A stretch of 64,000 bases of DNA, taken from NCBI GenBank assembly GCA_963667465.2, contig CAXXDN010000002.1, forward strand, positions 704,001 through 768,000, read 5' to 3'. Of this stretch, positions 12,706 to 21,755 are shown piece after piece (within the stretch, counting starts at the first letter, position 1; each line of letters starts with the position of its first letter). The notes below the pieces were generated by a model. It saw nothing but the letters and a program-made list of their open reading frames with translations. It did no database searches and was not told the origin of the DNA. This DNA is from Dehalococcoidia bacterium (GTDB taxonomy: Bacteria; Chloroflexota; Dehalococcoidia; UBA2979). The position numbers and the translations under genes are program-made.

Positions 12706-15150
12706 GTGACCGTGCGGCCAGGCCGGCTGCGGTACGCTCTCCGCACTGTGATTGGTCTCGAGGATCTGCGCCTGCTTCCGCGGCTGGCGGCCGGGGCTGC
12801 GCGCGCCCTCGCGGTCGCGAGTGGCGGGCGTGCGCATCCGCGCCTCGACGGCCGCGCCGAGGCGCGCGGGCTGCGCGCGCCTGCGACGATCGTGCGCGAC
12901 CGCTTCGGCGTTCCGCACGTCTACGCGAGCAGCGAGGCGGGAGCGATCTACGGGCAGGGCTTCGTGCACGCCCAGGACCGCCTCTTCCAGATCGACATCC
13001 AGCGACGGCTCGCCTCGGGACGGCTCGCGGAGGCCGCCGGAGAGCGTGGTGTGGAGACGGACCGCCTGATGCGCCGGCTCGGCTTCGCCGATCGCGCCGC
13101 GCGCGACCTCACGACGATCACGGCCGAGGACCGCGACCTGCTCCGGGCCTACGCGGCGGGAGTCAATGCGGGCATGCGCAGCCTGCGGGCGCTGCCTCCG
13201 GAGTACGCGGTGCTGCAGAGCCGGCCGGAACCGTGGCATCCAGAGCACTCGCTGCTGCTCGGGCGCTTCCTGATGTTCAGCTTCGCCCCGAACTGGGACA
13301 CCGAACTGCAACGCCTGGAACTGCTCGCGGCGATCGGACCGGCTCGCGCCGCCCTCGTCGACGTCGGCTACCCCGAGGGCGCGCCGACCGCGACTGGCGA
13401 ACCCTGCCTCGGCGCGGCCCGGCGGCTGATCGAGGCGTACGGGCGGGCGATCGAGGCCGGCGCCCCGGCGGGCGGCGCTTCGAACGCCTGGGCGCTGACC
13501 GGCGAGCACACGGCCACGGGCGCCCCGCTGCTGGCCTGCGACCCGCACCTGCGCCCGGCCATTCCCACGCTCTTCCACGTCGCGCACGTCTCGGGCGGCG
13601 ACCTCGATGTGATCGGCGCAGGCGTGCCCGGGCTGCCGGGCGTCATCGCGGGCCACAACCGCGACATCGCCTGGGGCCTCACCGCCGGCATGGCCGACGT
13701 CAGCGACTGCTACCTGACGACCATCGATCCAAGCGACCCCGGCCGCTATCGCACGCCCGAGGGCTGGGCGCGCGGCCGGGTGCGCATCGAGCGCATCGCC
13801 GTGCGCGAGGGCGAGACCGTCGAGGAGCGCGTGCTTGAGACTCGCCACGGTCCCGTAATCGGCCCGGCGCCCGGCGGTGAGCGCGCCATCGCGCTGCGTT
13901 CGACGGCCCTCGACAGCGGCGAGACGGTGGGACCGCTGCTCGGCCTGGCGCTCGCCCGGAACATCGAGGAGTTCGATGCGGCGCTGGCGCTCTGGCCCGG
14001 CGCGACCTTCAACTTCATCTTCGCCTCGCGTGAGGGCGGGGGCGAAGGGCGGGTCGGGTACCGGCTGGCCGGCGCGATCCCGGCGCGCGAGCGCGGCGAG
14101 GGGTTACTCCCGGCGGATGGAGATACCGCGGACGATCCGCCTCCGCCGATCCCCGGCGACGAGCTGCCGGGCCTGCTCGACCCGCCGGACGGCGTTGTCG
14201 TCTCGGCGAACCAGCACCCGGGTGGCGAGCTGGAACTGGGCGAGGAGTTCACGGAGGCCTGGCGCGCACTGCGCATCGCGGACCTGCTCTCGGTGGACGG
14301 GGCGCACACGGTGGCCTCGCTGCAGGCGATCCAGAACGACCTGCACAGCGAGCCGCTGTGCCGCCTCCGCGACCTCTCGCTCGCTCGGGAGGTGATCGCG
14401 GACGCGCATGCCGCGCGCGTCGCGACAGCGTGGGACGGGCAGGTGGGTGCGGAGAGCGCCGGCGCGGCGCTCCTGGAGACGGCGTACCGGCAGATCCTGC
14501 GGCGGCTCGTGCGGCGCGTGGCCGGTCCGAGCGCCTCGCTCGCGCTCGGTGAGCGCATGGAGGACGCGGCCGGGGTCTTCACCCCGGAGAGCCGCTTCCA
14601 CTACCGGCTGCAGGGCCCGCTGATCGAGGCCTGCGAGCAGGCCGCCTCGCCCTGGTTCGACGACGAGGCCGATCGCGACCGCGTGCTGCGGGCGGCCTGG
14701 TGGAGCGCCATCGGGGAGCTGCGGGAGCAGCTTGGACCCGATCCCGGCGAGTGGAGCTGGGGTGCGCTGCACCGCCAACTGCTGGCTCACACGCTGGAGT
14801 CAATCCCCGTCGTGGGCCGCACCTTCTCGCGCGGTCCGTACCCGGCCGGCGGCGACGTGAACACCGTCTGGCAGGGCGCATACGCAGCCAGACAGGACGG
14901 TCCGTCGCTCACGGGCTTCAGCCCCGGCTACCGCCAGGTGCTCGACCTCGGGCGCTGGGACCGCTCCACCTTCCTGCTGCCGACCGGCGGCTCGGGCATC
15001 CCCGGCCACCCTCGCTACGACGACTCGATCGAGGAGTTCCGCGCGGGGCGCCAGCGGCCCCTGCTGTACTCTCGCGAGGCCGTCGAGGCCCAGGCGGAGC
15101 ACCGCCTGCTGCTCCAGCCGACGGGGACGGCGGAAGAGGCGGAGCGATGA
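12706..15150 (+). CDS. Penicillin acylase family (Ntn hydrolase)
   Basis: VRDRFGVPHVYA, GQGFVHAQDRLFQ, catalytic ASNAWAL, LLACDPHL, ETRHGP, GIPGHPRYDD; start is approximate. Confidence 0.92.
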   Translation: MTVRPGRLRYALRTVIGLEDLRLLPRLAAGAARALAVASGGRAHPRLDGRAEARGLRAPATIVRDRFGVPHVYASSEAGAIYGQGFVHAQDRLFQIDIQRRLASGRLAEAAGERGVETDRLMRRLGFADRAARDLTTITAEDRDLLRAYAAGVNAGMRSLRALPPEYAVLQSRPEPWHPEHSLLLGRFLMFSFAPNWDTELQRLELLAAIGPARAALVDVGYPEGAPTATGEPCLGAARRLIEAYGRAIEAGAPAGGASNAWALTGEHTATGAPLLACDPHLRPAIPTLFHVAHVSGGDLDVIGAGVPGLPGVIAGHNRDIAWGLTAGMADVSDCYLTTIDPSDPGRYRTPEGWARGRVRIERIAVREGETVEERVLETRHGPVIGPAPGGERAIALRSTALDSGETVGPLLGLALARNIEEFDAALALWPGATFNFIFASREGGGEGRVGYRLAGAIPARERGEGLLPADGDTADDPPPPIPGDELPGLLDPPDGVVVSANQHPGGELELGEEFTEAWRALRIADLLSVDGAHTVASLQAIQNDLHSEPLCRLRDLSLAREVIADAHAARVATAWDGQVGAESAGAALLETAYRQILRRLVRRVAGPSASLALGERMEDAAGVFTPESRFHYRLQGPLIEACEQAASPWFDDEADRDRVLRAAWWSAIGELREQLGPDPGEWSWGALHRQLLAHTLESIPVVGRTFSRGPYPAGGDVNTVWQGAYAARQDGPSLTGFSPGYRQVLDLGRWDRSTFLLPTGGSGIPGHPRYDDSIEEFRAGRQRPLLYSREAVEAQAEHRLLLQPTGTAEEAER

Positions 15151-16163
15151 CGGCGATCGACGACCGGCTGGCGATCTATCGCCCGCACATCGTCCGGGAG
15201 ATGCGCGAGATCGTCGGTGAGGACCGATCGAGTCTCTACTCGTGGATGCGCTACCACCTCGGCTGGGAGGACCCGGAAGGCAGACCCGCCGAGACCTCGC
15301 CGGGCAAGCTGCTGCGCCCGGCCTCGCTCCTGCTCGCCGCGGAGGCGCTGGGCGGCGAGCTCAACCAGGCCCTCCCGGCGGCGGCCGCCGTGCAACTCGT
15401 CCACGACTTCTCGCTGCTGCACGACGACATCGAGGACGAGAGCCAGACCCGGCGTGGGCGCGCGACGCTCTGGACGATCACCGGCATCGCGCAGGCGATC
15501 AATGCCGGCGATGGCATGTACACGCTCTCCCGGCTCGCGTTGCTGGGCCTCCGCGATCGCGGGCTCGACGCGCAGCGCACCCTGGAGGTGGTCAGCGAAC
15601 TCGAGCAGGCCTGCCTGCGGCTGATCGAAGGTCAGCAGCTCGACATCTCCTTCGAGGATCGCAGCGCAGTCACTCGCGACGAGTACCTCGCGATGATCGA
15701 GGGCAAGACGGCGGCCCTGCTCGCGGCCTGCTTCGCGATCGGAGCGCGGGTCGCCGGCGCGCCGGAGGAGTCCGTGGACGCGATGCGCGAGTTCGGTCGC
15801 CGCTGCGGGCTCGCCTTCCAGGCGGCCGACGACCTGCTCGGGATCTGGGGCGACCCGGCCGTCACGGGCAAGCCCGTGGGCGACGACCTGATCTCGCGCA
15901 AGCAGACCTACCCCGTCATCGCCGCCATCGAGAGCGGCGAGGCGCCGGCGCTCGAGGCGGCCTACCGGGACCGCTCCGGGGGCACGATCGACAGCTCCGT
16001 ACTCGCCGCGGAGATCGAGGCGACAGGCGCCCGCGCCGCCACCGAAGATCTCGCCGCCGAACAGGTCGCGGCGGCGCTGGCCGCCCTCGCCCCGCTCTCG
16101 CTTGGGGACGATCGCGCGCTGTTCGCGGAGCTCGCGGAGCTGCTCGCCGCACGGGACGCGTAG
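15147..16163 (+). CDS. Polyprenyl diphosphate synthase (GGPP/FPP synthase)
   Basis: GKLLRP, HDFSLLHDDIED, RRGR, GKTAAL, FQAADDLLG, RKQTYP. Confidence 0.93.
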   Translation: MTAIDDRLAIYRPHIVREMREIVGEDRSSLYSWMRYHLGWEDPEGRPAETSPGKLLRPASLLLAAEALGGELNQALPAAAAVQLVHDFSLLHDDIEDESQTRRGRATLWTITGIAQAINAGDGMYTLSRLALLGLRDRGLDAQRTLEVVSELEQACLRLIEGQQLDISFEDRSAVTRDEYLAMIEGKTAALLAACFAIGARVAGAPEESVDAMREFGRRCGLAFQAADDLLGIWGDPAVTGKPVGDDLISRKQTYPVIAAIESGEAPALEAAYRDRSGGTIDSSVLAAEIEATGARAATEDLAAEQVAAALAALAPLSLGDDRALFAELAELLAARDA

Positions 16164-16172
16164 CGGGAGCGA

Positions 16173-16201
16173 TTGCCCGCCCCGGACGCCGCACCTATCA
16201 T
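16173..16201 (+). promoter_or_regulatory. Sigma70 promoter giving a probable leaderless pgk mRNA
   Basis: TTGCCC-N17-TATCAT ends 7 nt before the in-frame GTG at 16209; no SD is visible. Confidence 0.6.
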
Positions 16202-16208
16202 CCCGGCC

Positions 16209-17408
16209 GTGAGCCCGGCACACACGAAGCGCACGATCCGCGACATCGACCTCCAGGGGCGCCGGGTCTTCCTCCGCGTCGACTACAACGTCCAACTCGA
16301 CGAACACGGTTTCGTCTTCGACGACCTGCGCCTGCGTGAGTCTCTGCCCACGATCCGCTACCTGCGGGAAGGTGGCGCCCGTGTCGTGATCTGCTCGCAC
16401 CGCGGGCGACCGCGCGGGGAGGTCGTCGAGACGCTGCGCAATGCGCCAGTCGCCAGGCACCTCAGCAGCCTGCTCGGCGCCCCTGTCCGCTCGGCGGAGC
16501 GCTGCATCGGTCCCGAGGTCCACGCCGCCGTCGATGCGCTCGCGCCGGGTGACGTGTTGCTGTTGGAGAACGTGCGCTTCCACGCCGGCGAGGAGGACAA
16601 CGACCCGGAGTTTTCCCGCCAACTCGCCTCGTTTGCCGACATCTATGTCGGCGACGCGTTCGGCACCGCGCACCGCGCGCACGCCTCGATCGTCGGCGTG
16701 CCGGAGCACCTGCCGGCCGTTGCCGGCCTGCTGATGGACCGTGAGATCGAGTACCTGCGAAGGCTCTCGAACAACCCGGCGCACCCCTTCGCGCTGGTCC
16801 TCGGGGGCGCGAAGGTCGCGGACAAGATCGGCATCCTCAACCATCTCTGTGGCGAATCGAACGTGATCTGCGTCGGCGGCGGGGTCGCGAACACCTTCCT
16901 CAGCACGCAGGGGATGGACATCGCCGACTCGCTGTGGGACGCCGAGGGTGTCCCGGACGCGCTGCGCGTTTTTGAGCAGGTGGAGGCCAGGCCCGACCTG
17001 CGGCTCTACCTGCCGGTGGACGCGGTCGTCGGTTTCGGCGCAGCCGACCGCGATCACGTGCGCCGGGCGCCGGTCGATCACGTGCCCTCGGGCTGGCGCA
17101 TCCTCGACATCGGCCCCGCGACGATCGAGCTGTTCCGCAGCGCGCTGGCGCCGATGCGTACGGTCGTGTGGAACGGACCGCTCGGCTGGTTCGAGCGCGA
17201 GCCGTTCGATCACGGCTCGCTGGCGATGGCGGAGATGCTGGCAGACCTCGACGGCACTGTGGTGGTCGGCGGAGGCGAGACCGCCGCCGTCGTGCAGCGG
17301 GCGGGTGTGGCCGACCGCATCGACCACGTCTCGACAGGCGGGGCGGCATCGCTGGCGATGCTGCAGGGCAAGCCGCTGCCGGGCGAGGCGGCGCTCGACG
17401 ACGCCTGA
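16209..17408 (+). CDS. pgk: Phosphoglycerate kinase
   Basis: RVDYNV, SHRGRP, LLENVRF, DAFGTAHRAHAS, GGAKVADKI, WNGPLG, HVSTGG. Confidence 0.95.
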   Translation: MSPAHTKRTIRDIDLQGRRVFLRVDYNVQLDEHGFVFDDLRLRESLPTIRYLREGGARVVICSHRGRPRGEVVETLRNAPVARHLSSLLGAPVRSAERCIGPEVHAAVDALAPGDVLLLENVRFHAGEEDNDPEFSRQLASFADIYVGDAFGTAHRAHASIVGVPEHLPAVAGLLMDREIEYLRRLSNNPAHPFALVLGGAKVADKIGILNHLCGESNVICVGGGVANTFLSTQGMDIADSLWDAEGVPDALRVFEQVEARPDLRLYLPVDAVVGFGAADRDHVRRAPVDHVPSGWRILDIGPATIELFRSALAPMRTVVWNGPLGWFEREPFDHGSLAMAEMLADLDGTVVVGGGETAAVVQRAGVADRIDHVSTGGAASLAMLQGKPLPGEAALDDA

Positions 17409-17429
17409 GTTCGTCCCGCGTGCTGCGGC

Positions 17430-17897
17430 CTATTCTGCGGGTGACAGCGCGACGAGCGGGATCCGTCGGGATGTCTTCTGCTGATACGTCTCATATGACG
17501 AGTACAGCTCGATCAGACGCTCCCAGGCCGCTTCCCGTTCGTCCCCTTCGAGCTCGGACGCCACCATCACCTCGGCGCCCCGCTTCGCCGACCAGATCCG
17601 GCAGTTCGGGTCGGCCAGCAGGTTCTTCCACCACTGCGGATGCTCCGAGTGCCCCCCGTACGACGCCACGACGATCATCCGAGGTCCATCGTCGAGGTAG
17701 AGCAGCAGCACCGGCCGCTCGCGGCCCGACGTGCGCCCCATCGTCCAGAGCCGCAGCGTCGGCGGCCCCTGCCAGCGCCCACGCATCAGCGTGAACAGCG
17801 GCTGCTGGATGCGGGTCAGTACCTTGATCAGTCGTGGTCCCACAGCTGCATCGTACACACGCTGGCGACCACCAAATCTTGCGGCATTCAGGTCCAT
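17430..17897 (-). CDS. F420H2-dependent nitroreductase family (Ddn/FDOR-A)
   Basis: TMGRTSGRER, VVASYGG, HPQWWKNL, YETYQ..T.RRIP. Confidence 0.9.
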   Translation of the reverse strand: MDLNAARFGGRQRVYDAAVGPRLIKVLTRIQQPLFTLMRGRWQGPPTLRLWTMGRTSGRERPVLLLYLDDGPRMIVVASYGGHSEHPQWWKNLLADPNCRIWSAKRGAEVMVASELEGDEREAAWERLIELYSSYETYQQKTSRRIPLVALSPAE

Positions 17898-17977
17898 CAG
17901 GTCATACTGGTCATAGAGGACAGAACGCGCCTCGCGTCACCGGGCTTGCGCGTCGGCCTGGGTAGGCCCCCCAGGCG

Positions 17978-18355
17978 GTGAGGGGCAACGTGCTGACTGA
18001 AACACCGGCGGGGTACGGTGAGAGCCCCGAGGACGGCCCGCGCCACCTCGGCGTCGCCGAGGCGAAGGCGACGTTCTCGGCGCTGATCGAGGGCGTGCAG
18101 CATCGCTCGGAGCGCTACGTCATCGAGCGCCACGGCAAGCCCGCTGCCGCCCTCGTGAGCGTCGAGGAACTCGAACGCCTCGGCGCCGAGGAGTCGGGCG
18201 CGCGGCGAAACGACGGCCTGAGTGGCTTCATCGGTTTGTTTGACGGGCTCCTGACCGACGAGGAGATCGACGAGATGGTCGACCACATCTACGCCGGTCG
18301 CGAACGAGACCGCTACTCGCCTGCGCGCGTGGACTTCAGTGACGTGCCCGAGTGA
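17978..18355 (+). CDS. Phd/YefM family antitoxin
   Basis: GVAEAKATFSALIE, YVIERHGKPAAALV; the start may be slightly downstream. Confidence 0.88.
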   Translation: MRGNVLTETPAGYGESPEDGPRHLGVAEAKATFSALIEGVQHRSERYVIERHGKPAAALVSVEELERLGAEESGARRNDGLSGFIGLFDGLLTDEEIDEMVDHIYAGRERDRYSPARVDFSDVPE

Positions 18356-18759
18356 GATACCTGCTGGACACTGACACGCTCAGTGCCCTCACAAGACCAG
18401 CGCCGTCCCCGGCGCTCCTGATGCGAATGGCGACGACGGCTCCCGAAGACCGGACCACGTCCAGCGTCACGCTGGCCGAGCTGCTGTTCGGGGCGCACCG
18501 GACCGGCCAGCGATCGGCGGAGTATCTCTCCCGTATCCGTGGCGCACTGCCCGCAACCCCGTTCGTGCCCTTCGATGACTCGGCCGCCGCGGAGTACGGG
18601 CGGCTACGCGCCCACCTGGCGGGCCGGGGAACGCCGATCGGCCACGAGGACACGCAGATCGCGGCGATCGCGCTAGCGAACGACCTCATCGTCGTCAGCG
18701 GCAACGTCCGCCACTTCGAGCGCGTGCCCGGCCTCACCGTCGAGAACTGGCTCGAGTAG
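18352..18759 (+). CDS. vapC: VapC PIN-domain toxin
   Basis: YLLDTDTL, VTLAELLFG, GTPIGHEDTQIAAIAL, NVRHFERVPGL..ENW. Confidence 0.93.
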   Translation: MRYLLDTDTLSALTRPAPSPALLMRMATTAPEDRTTSSVTLAELLFGAHRTGQRSAEYLSRIRGALPATPFVPFDDSAAAEYGRLRAHLAGRGTPIGHEDTQIAAIALANDLIVVSGNVRHFERVPGLTVENWLE

Positions 18760-18830
18760 GCCGAGGAGCGTCGACGCCTCGAGGAGCGCTCGACCGCGCG
18801 CGATAGCAGCGCGCCCGATAGCATGGAGCC

Positions 18831-20042
18831 ATGGACCCCGATCTGATCCGGCGGCTGTCGATACCAGGCGAGAGCAAGGTGCTGCTCTGCGTCCTCGACG
18901 GGCTCGGCGGCCTGCCCGGACCGCTTGGCCGCAGCGAGCTGGAGTCGGCCGACTGCCGCCACCTCGACCGGCTCGCGACCGAGGGCGCGCTCGGCCAGAC
19001 GATCCCCGTCGGCTACGGCATCACCCCCGGCTCCGGCCCCGGTCACCTCGCACTCTTCGGCTACGACCCGCTCGTCTACGAGGTCGGGCGCGGCGTCCTC
19101 GAGGGCACCGGCATCGACATCGCGCTGCAGCCCCCGGACCTTGCCGCCCGCGGCAACCTCTGCACGGTCGACGCCGACGGCCGCATCACGGACCGCCGCG
19201 CCGGGCGCGTGGCCACCGCGGTCACCGAGGAGATTGCGGCGGAACTCTCGACCATCGAGCTGCCGGGCTGCGAGGTCGCGGTCCACGCTGTGCGCGAGCA
19301 TCGCTTCGTGCTCGTGTTACGCGCCACGGAGGGCAGCCCGCCGCTGAGCGACGCGATCAGCGAGACGGACCCGCAGGCCGAGGGCGTCCCGCCACTCGAC
19401 GCGGCCGCGACCGCGCCCGAGGGCGAGCACACCGCCGATCTGGTCAACCAGTTCGCGCGGGAGACCCGGGCGCGGCTCGCCGGCCGCGAGATGGCGAACG
19501 ACGTACTGCTGCGCGGCTGGTCGACGCTGCCCGACCTGCCGCAGCTCCCCGAACTGTGGAAGCTGCGCGCCGCCGCCATCGCCGTCTACCCGATGTATCG
19601 AGGGCTTGCCCGCCTCGTCGGCATGGACGTGCTCGACGCGGGCGAGTCGTTCGAGACGGCCATCGCGAGGCTGCGCAGCGCCTGGGACGATTACGACTTC
19701 TTCTTCCTGCACTACAAGCCGACCGACGCCGCCGGCGAGGACGGCGACTTCGCGCGCAAGCGGCAGGCGCTGCGCGAATTCGACGCGTGCGTGCCGGAGC
19801 TGCTGGCCCTCAACCCGAACGTGCTGATCATCGCCGGCGACCACTCGACGCCGGCGCCGATGGCGGCGCACTCGTGGCACCCGGTCCCGCTGCTGATTCG
19901 GGGCGACAACGTGCGCACGGATGCCTCGCACCACTTCGACGAGGGCGAGTGCGCGGTCGGCGGCCTCGGCACGCTGCCGGCGAAGGAGCTGCTCCCGCTC
20001 GCCTTCGCCCACGCCATGCGCCTCGCCAAGTTCGGCGCCTGA
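18831..20042 (+). CDS. apgM: 2,3-BPG-independent phosphoglycerate mutase (archaeal/ApgM type)
   Basis: LDGLGG, TPGSGPGHLALFGYDP, DRRAGR, HYKPTDAAGEDG, GDHSTP, HSWHPVP. Confidence 0.94.
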   Translation: MDPDLIRRLSIPGESKVLLCVLDGLGGLPGPLGRSELESADCRHLDRLATEGALGQTIPVGYGITPGSGPGHLALFGYDPLVYEVGRGVLEGTGIDIALQPPDLAARGNLCTVDADGRITDRRAGRVATAVTEEIAAELSTIELPGCEVAVHAVREHRFVLVLRATEGSPPLSDAISETDPQAEGVPPLDAAATAPEGEHTADLVNQFARETRARLAGREMANDVLLRGWSTLPDLPQLPELWKLRAAAIAVYPMYRGLARLVGMDVLDAGESFETAIARLRSAWDDYDFFFLHYKPTDAAGEDGDFARKRQALREFDACVPELLALNPNVLIIAGDHSTPAPMAAHSWHPVPLLIRGDNVRTDASHHFDEGECAVGGLGTLPAKELLPLAFAHAMRLAKFGA

Positions 20043-20053
20043 GAGGAGCGGCT

Positions 20054-20821
20054 GTGGCCACGCGAACGCCGATCGTCGGCGGCAACTGGAAGATGCACCT
20101 CGACCGCGGCGGTGCGCGCGAGCTGCTGCGCGAACTGCGCGAGCAACTCGACGGCCTCGCGGGCGTCGATGTCGTGATCTTCCCGCCCGCCACCTGGCTC
20201 GGCGACGCCGCCGACGCGCTCGAGGGCAGCACGCTGCGTGTCGGCGCGCAGAACGCCTACTGGCTCCCGCACGGCGCCTACACCGGCGAGGTCGGCGCGG
20301 CGATGCTCGTCGGCACCGCCGATTACGTGCTCGTTGGCCACTCGGAGCGCCGCCACGTCTTCGGCGAGAGCGACGAGGACAGCGGCCGCAAGCTCGACGC
20401 CGTCCTCGGACTGGCGTTGCAGCCGATCCTCGCCGTCGGGGAGCAGCGCGAGGAGCGCGAGGGCGGGCGCACCGCCGACGTGCTGCGCCGCCAGCTCGAC
20501 GCCGCGTTCGTGGACATCGAAACACTGCCCGAGGGCTTCACGATCGCCTACGAGCCGGTCTGGGCGATCGGCACCGGCCTGACCGCGACGCCGGAGATCG
20601 CGCAGGCCACCGTCGCGGACATCCGCCGCATGGTCGCCGACCGCTTCGGCGCCGCGAGCGCCGGGGCCTGCCGCATCCAGTACGGCGGCTCGGTCAACGC
20701 CGGGAATGTCGCCGACCTCGCGAGCCAGCCGGATATCGACGGCGCGCTCGTCGGCGGCGCCTCGCTCGACGCCGAGGCGTTCGCAACGATCTGCCGCGCC
20801 GTCGCCGCCGCCGCGGAGTAG
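20054..20821 (+). CDS. tpiA: Triosephosphate isomerase
   Basis: GNWKM, GAYTGEV, GHSERR, AYEPVWAIGTG, YGGSV, DGALVGGASL. Confidence 0.97.
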   Translation: MATRTPIVGGNWKMHLDRGGARELLRELREQLDGLAGVDVVIFPPATWLGDAADALEGSTLRVGAQNAYWLPHGAYTGEVGAAMLVGTADYVLVGHSERRHVFGESDEDSGRKLDAVLGLALQPILAVGEQREEREGGRTADVLRRQLDAAFVDIETLPEGFTIAYEPVWAIGTGLTATPEIAQATVADIRRMVADRFGAASAGACRIQYGGSVNAGNVADLASQPDIDGALVGGASLDAEAFATICRAVAAAAE

Positions 20822-20825
20822 CCCG

Positions 20826-21746
20826 CTGAGCACGCCCGGCGTCGTCGCGCTCGTCGGCCCGACTGCCTCGGGCAAGACGGCGGCCGCCGCCGCCATCGCG
20901 GAGCGGCTCCCGATCGAGGTCGTCTCCGCCGACTCGCGCCAGATCCGGCGCGGCATGCGCATCGGCACGGCCGCGCCCAGCGACGAGGAGCTGGCCGCCG
21001 TCCCGCATCACCTCGTCGGCGTCGCCGGGCCGGACGCCCCCTGGACGCTCGCCGACTTCCTCGAGGGCGCGCACGCGGCCATCGAGGAGATCCACGCGCG
21101 CGGGCAGCTGCCGCTGATCGCCGGCGGGGCGGGGCAATACGTCTGGGGGCTGCTCGAGGGCGTGCAGCCGCCCGCCGTCCCGCCGGACCCGGCGCTGCGC
21201 GCACGCCTCGAGGAGGAGGCGCGGGAGCACGGCGGCGAGGCGCTGCACGCCCGCCTCGCCGCGCTCGATCCGCCCTCCGCGGAGCGCATCGACGTGCGCA
21301 ACAGCCGCCGCCTGATCCGCGCGCTGGAGATCATCGAGGCGACCGGCGAGCCGATCGCGCCGCTCGCCCGCGTGCCGCCGCCGTGGCCCTGGCGCGTCAT
21401 CGGCCTCGAGTGGTCGCGCAGCGCGCTCTTCCGCCGCGCTGACGAGCGCGCCGCGCGCATGTACGCCGCTGGCCTCGTCGAGGAGACGCGCGCGCTCGTC
21501 GCCCGCTGCGGCGAGGACTTCGAGGCGCTCAGCTCGATCGGCTACGCCGAGGCGCTGGGCGTGCTGCGTGGCAAGTGGGACGAGGCCGAGGCGATCGAGC
21601 GCACCCAGGCCGCGACCCGCCGCCTGATCCGCCGCCAGGCCGCCTGGTTCCGCCCCGCCGACCCCCGCATCAACTGGCTCGACGGCTCGAACCTCGACGG
21701 CGTCGTGGCCGCGGTGGAGGCCGCGTTCGCCGAGCTACGGGCGTAG
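20826..21746 (+). CDS. miaA: tRNA dimethylallyltransferase
   Basis: GPTASGKT, SADSRQ, IGTA, PHHLVG, RRLIRALE, SIGYAE, RRQAAWF; the start appears to be CTG. Confidence 0.93.
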   Translation: MSTPGVVALVGPTASGKTAAAAAIAERLPIEVVSADSRQIRRGMRIGTAAPSDEELAAVPHHLVGVAGPDAPWTLADFLEGAHAAIEEIHARGQLPLIAGGAGQYVWGLLEGVQPPAVPPDPALRARLEEEAREHGGEALHARLAALDPPSAERIDVRNSRRLIRALEIIEATGEPIAPLARVPPPWPWRVIGLEWSRSALFRRADERAARMYAAGLVEETRALVARCGEDFEALSSIGYAEALGVLRGKWDEAEAIERTQAATRRLIRRQAAWFRPADPRINWLDGSNLDGVVAAVEAAFAELRA

Positions 21747-21755
21747 CGCGGCGCG

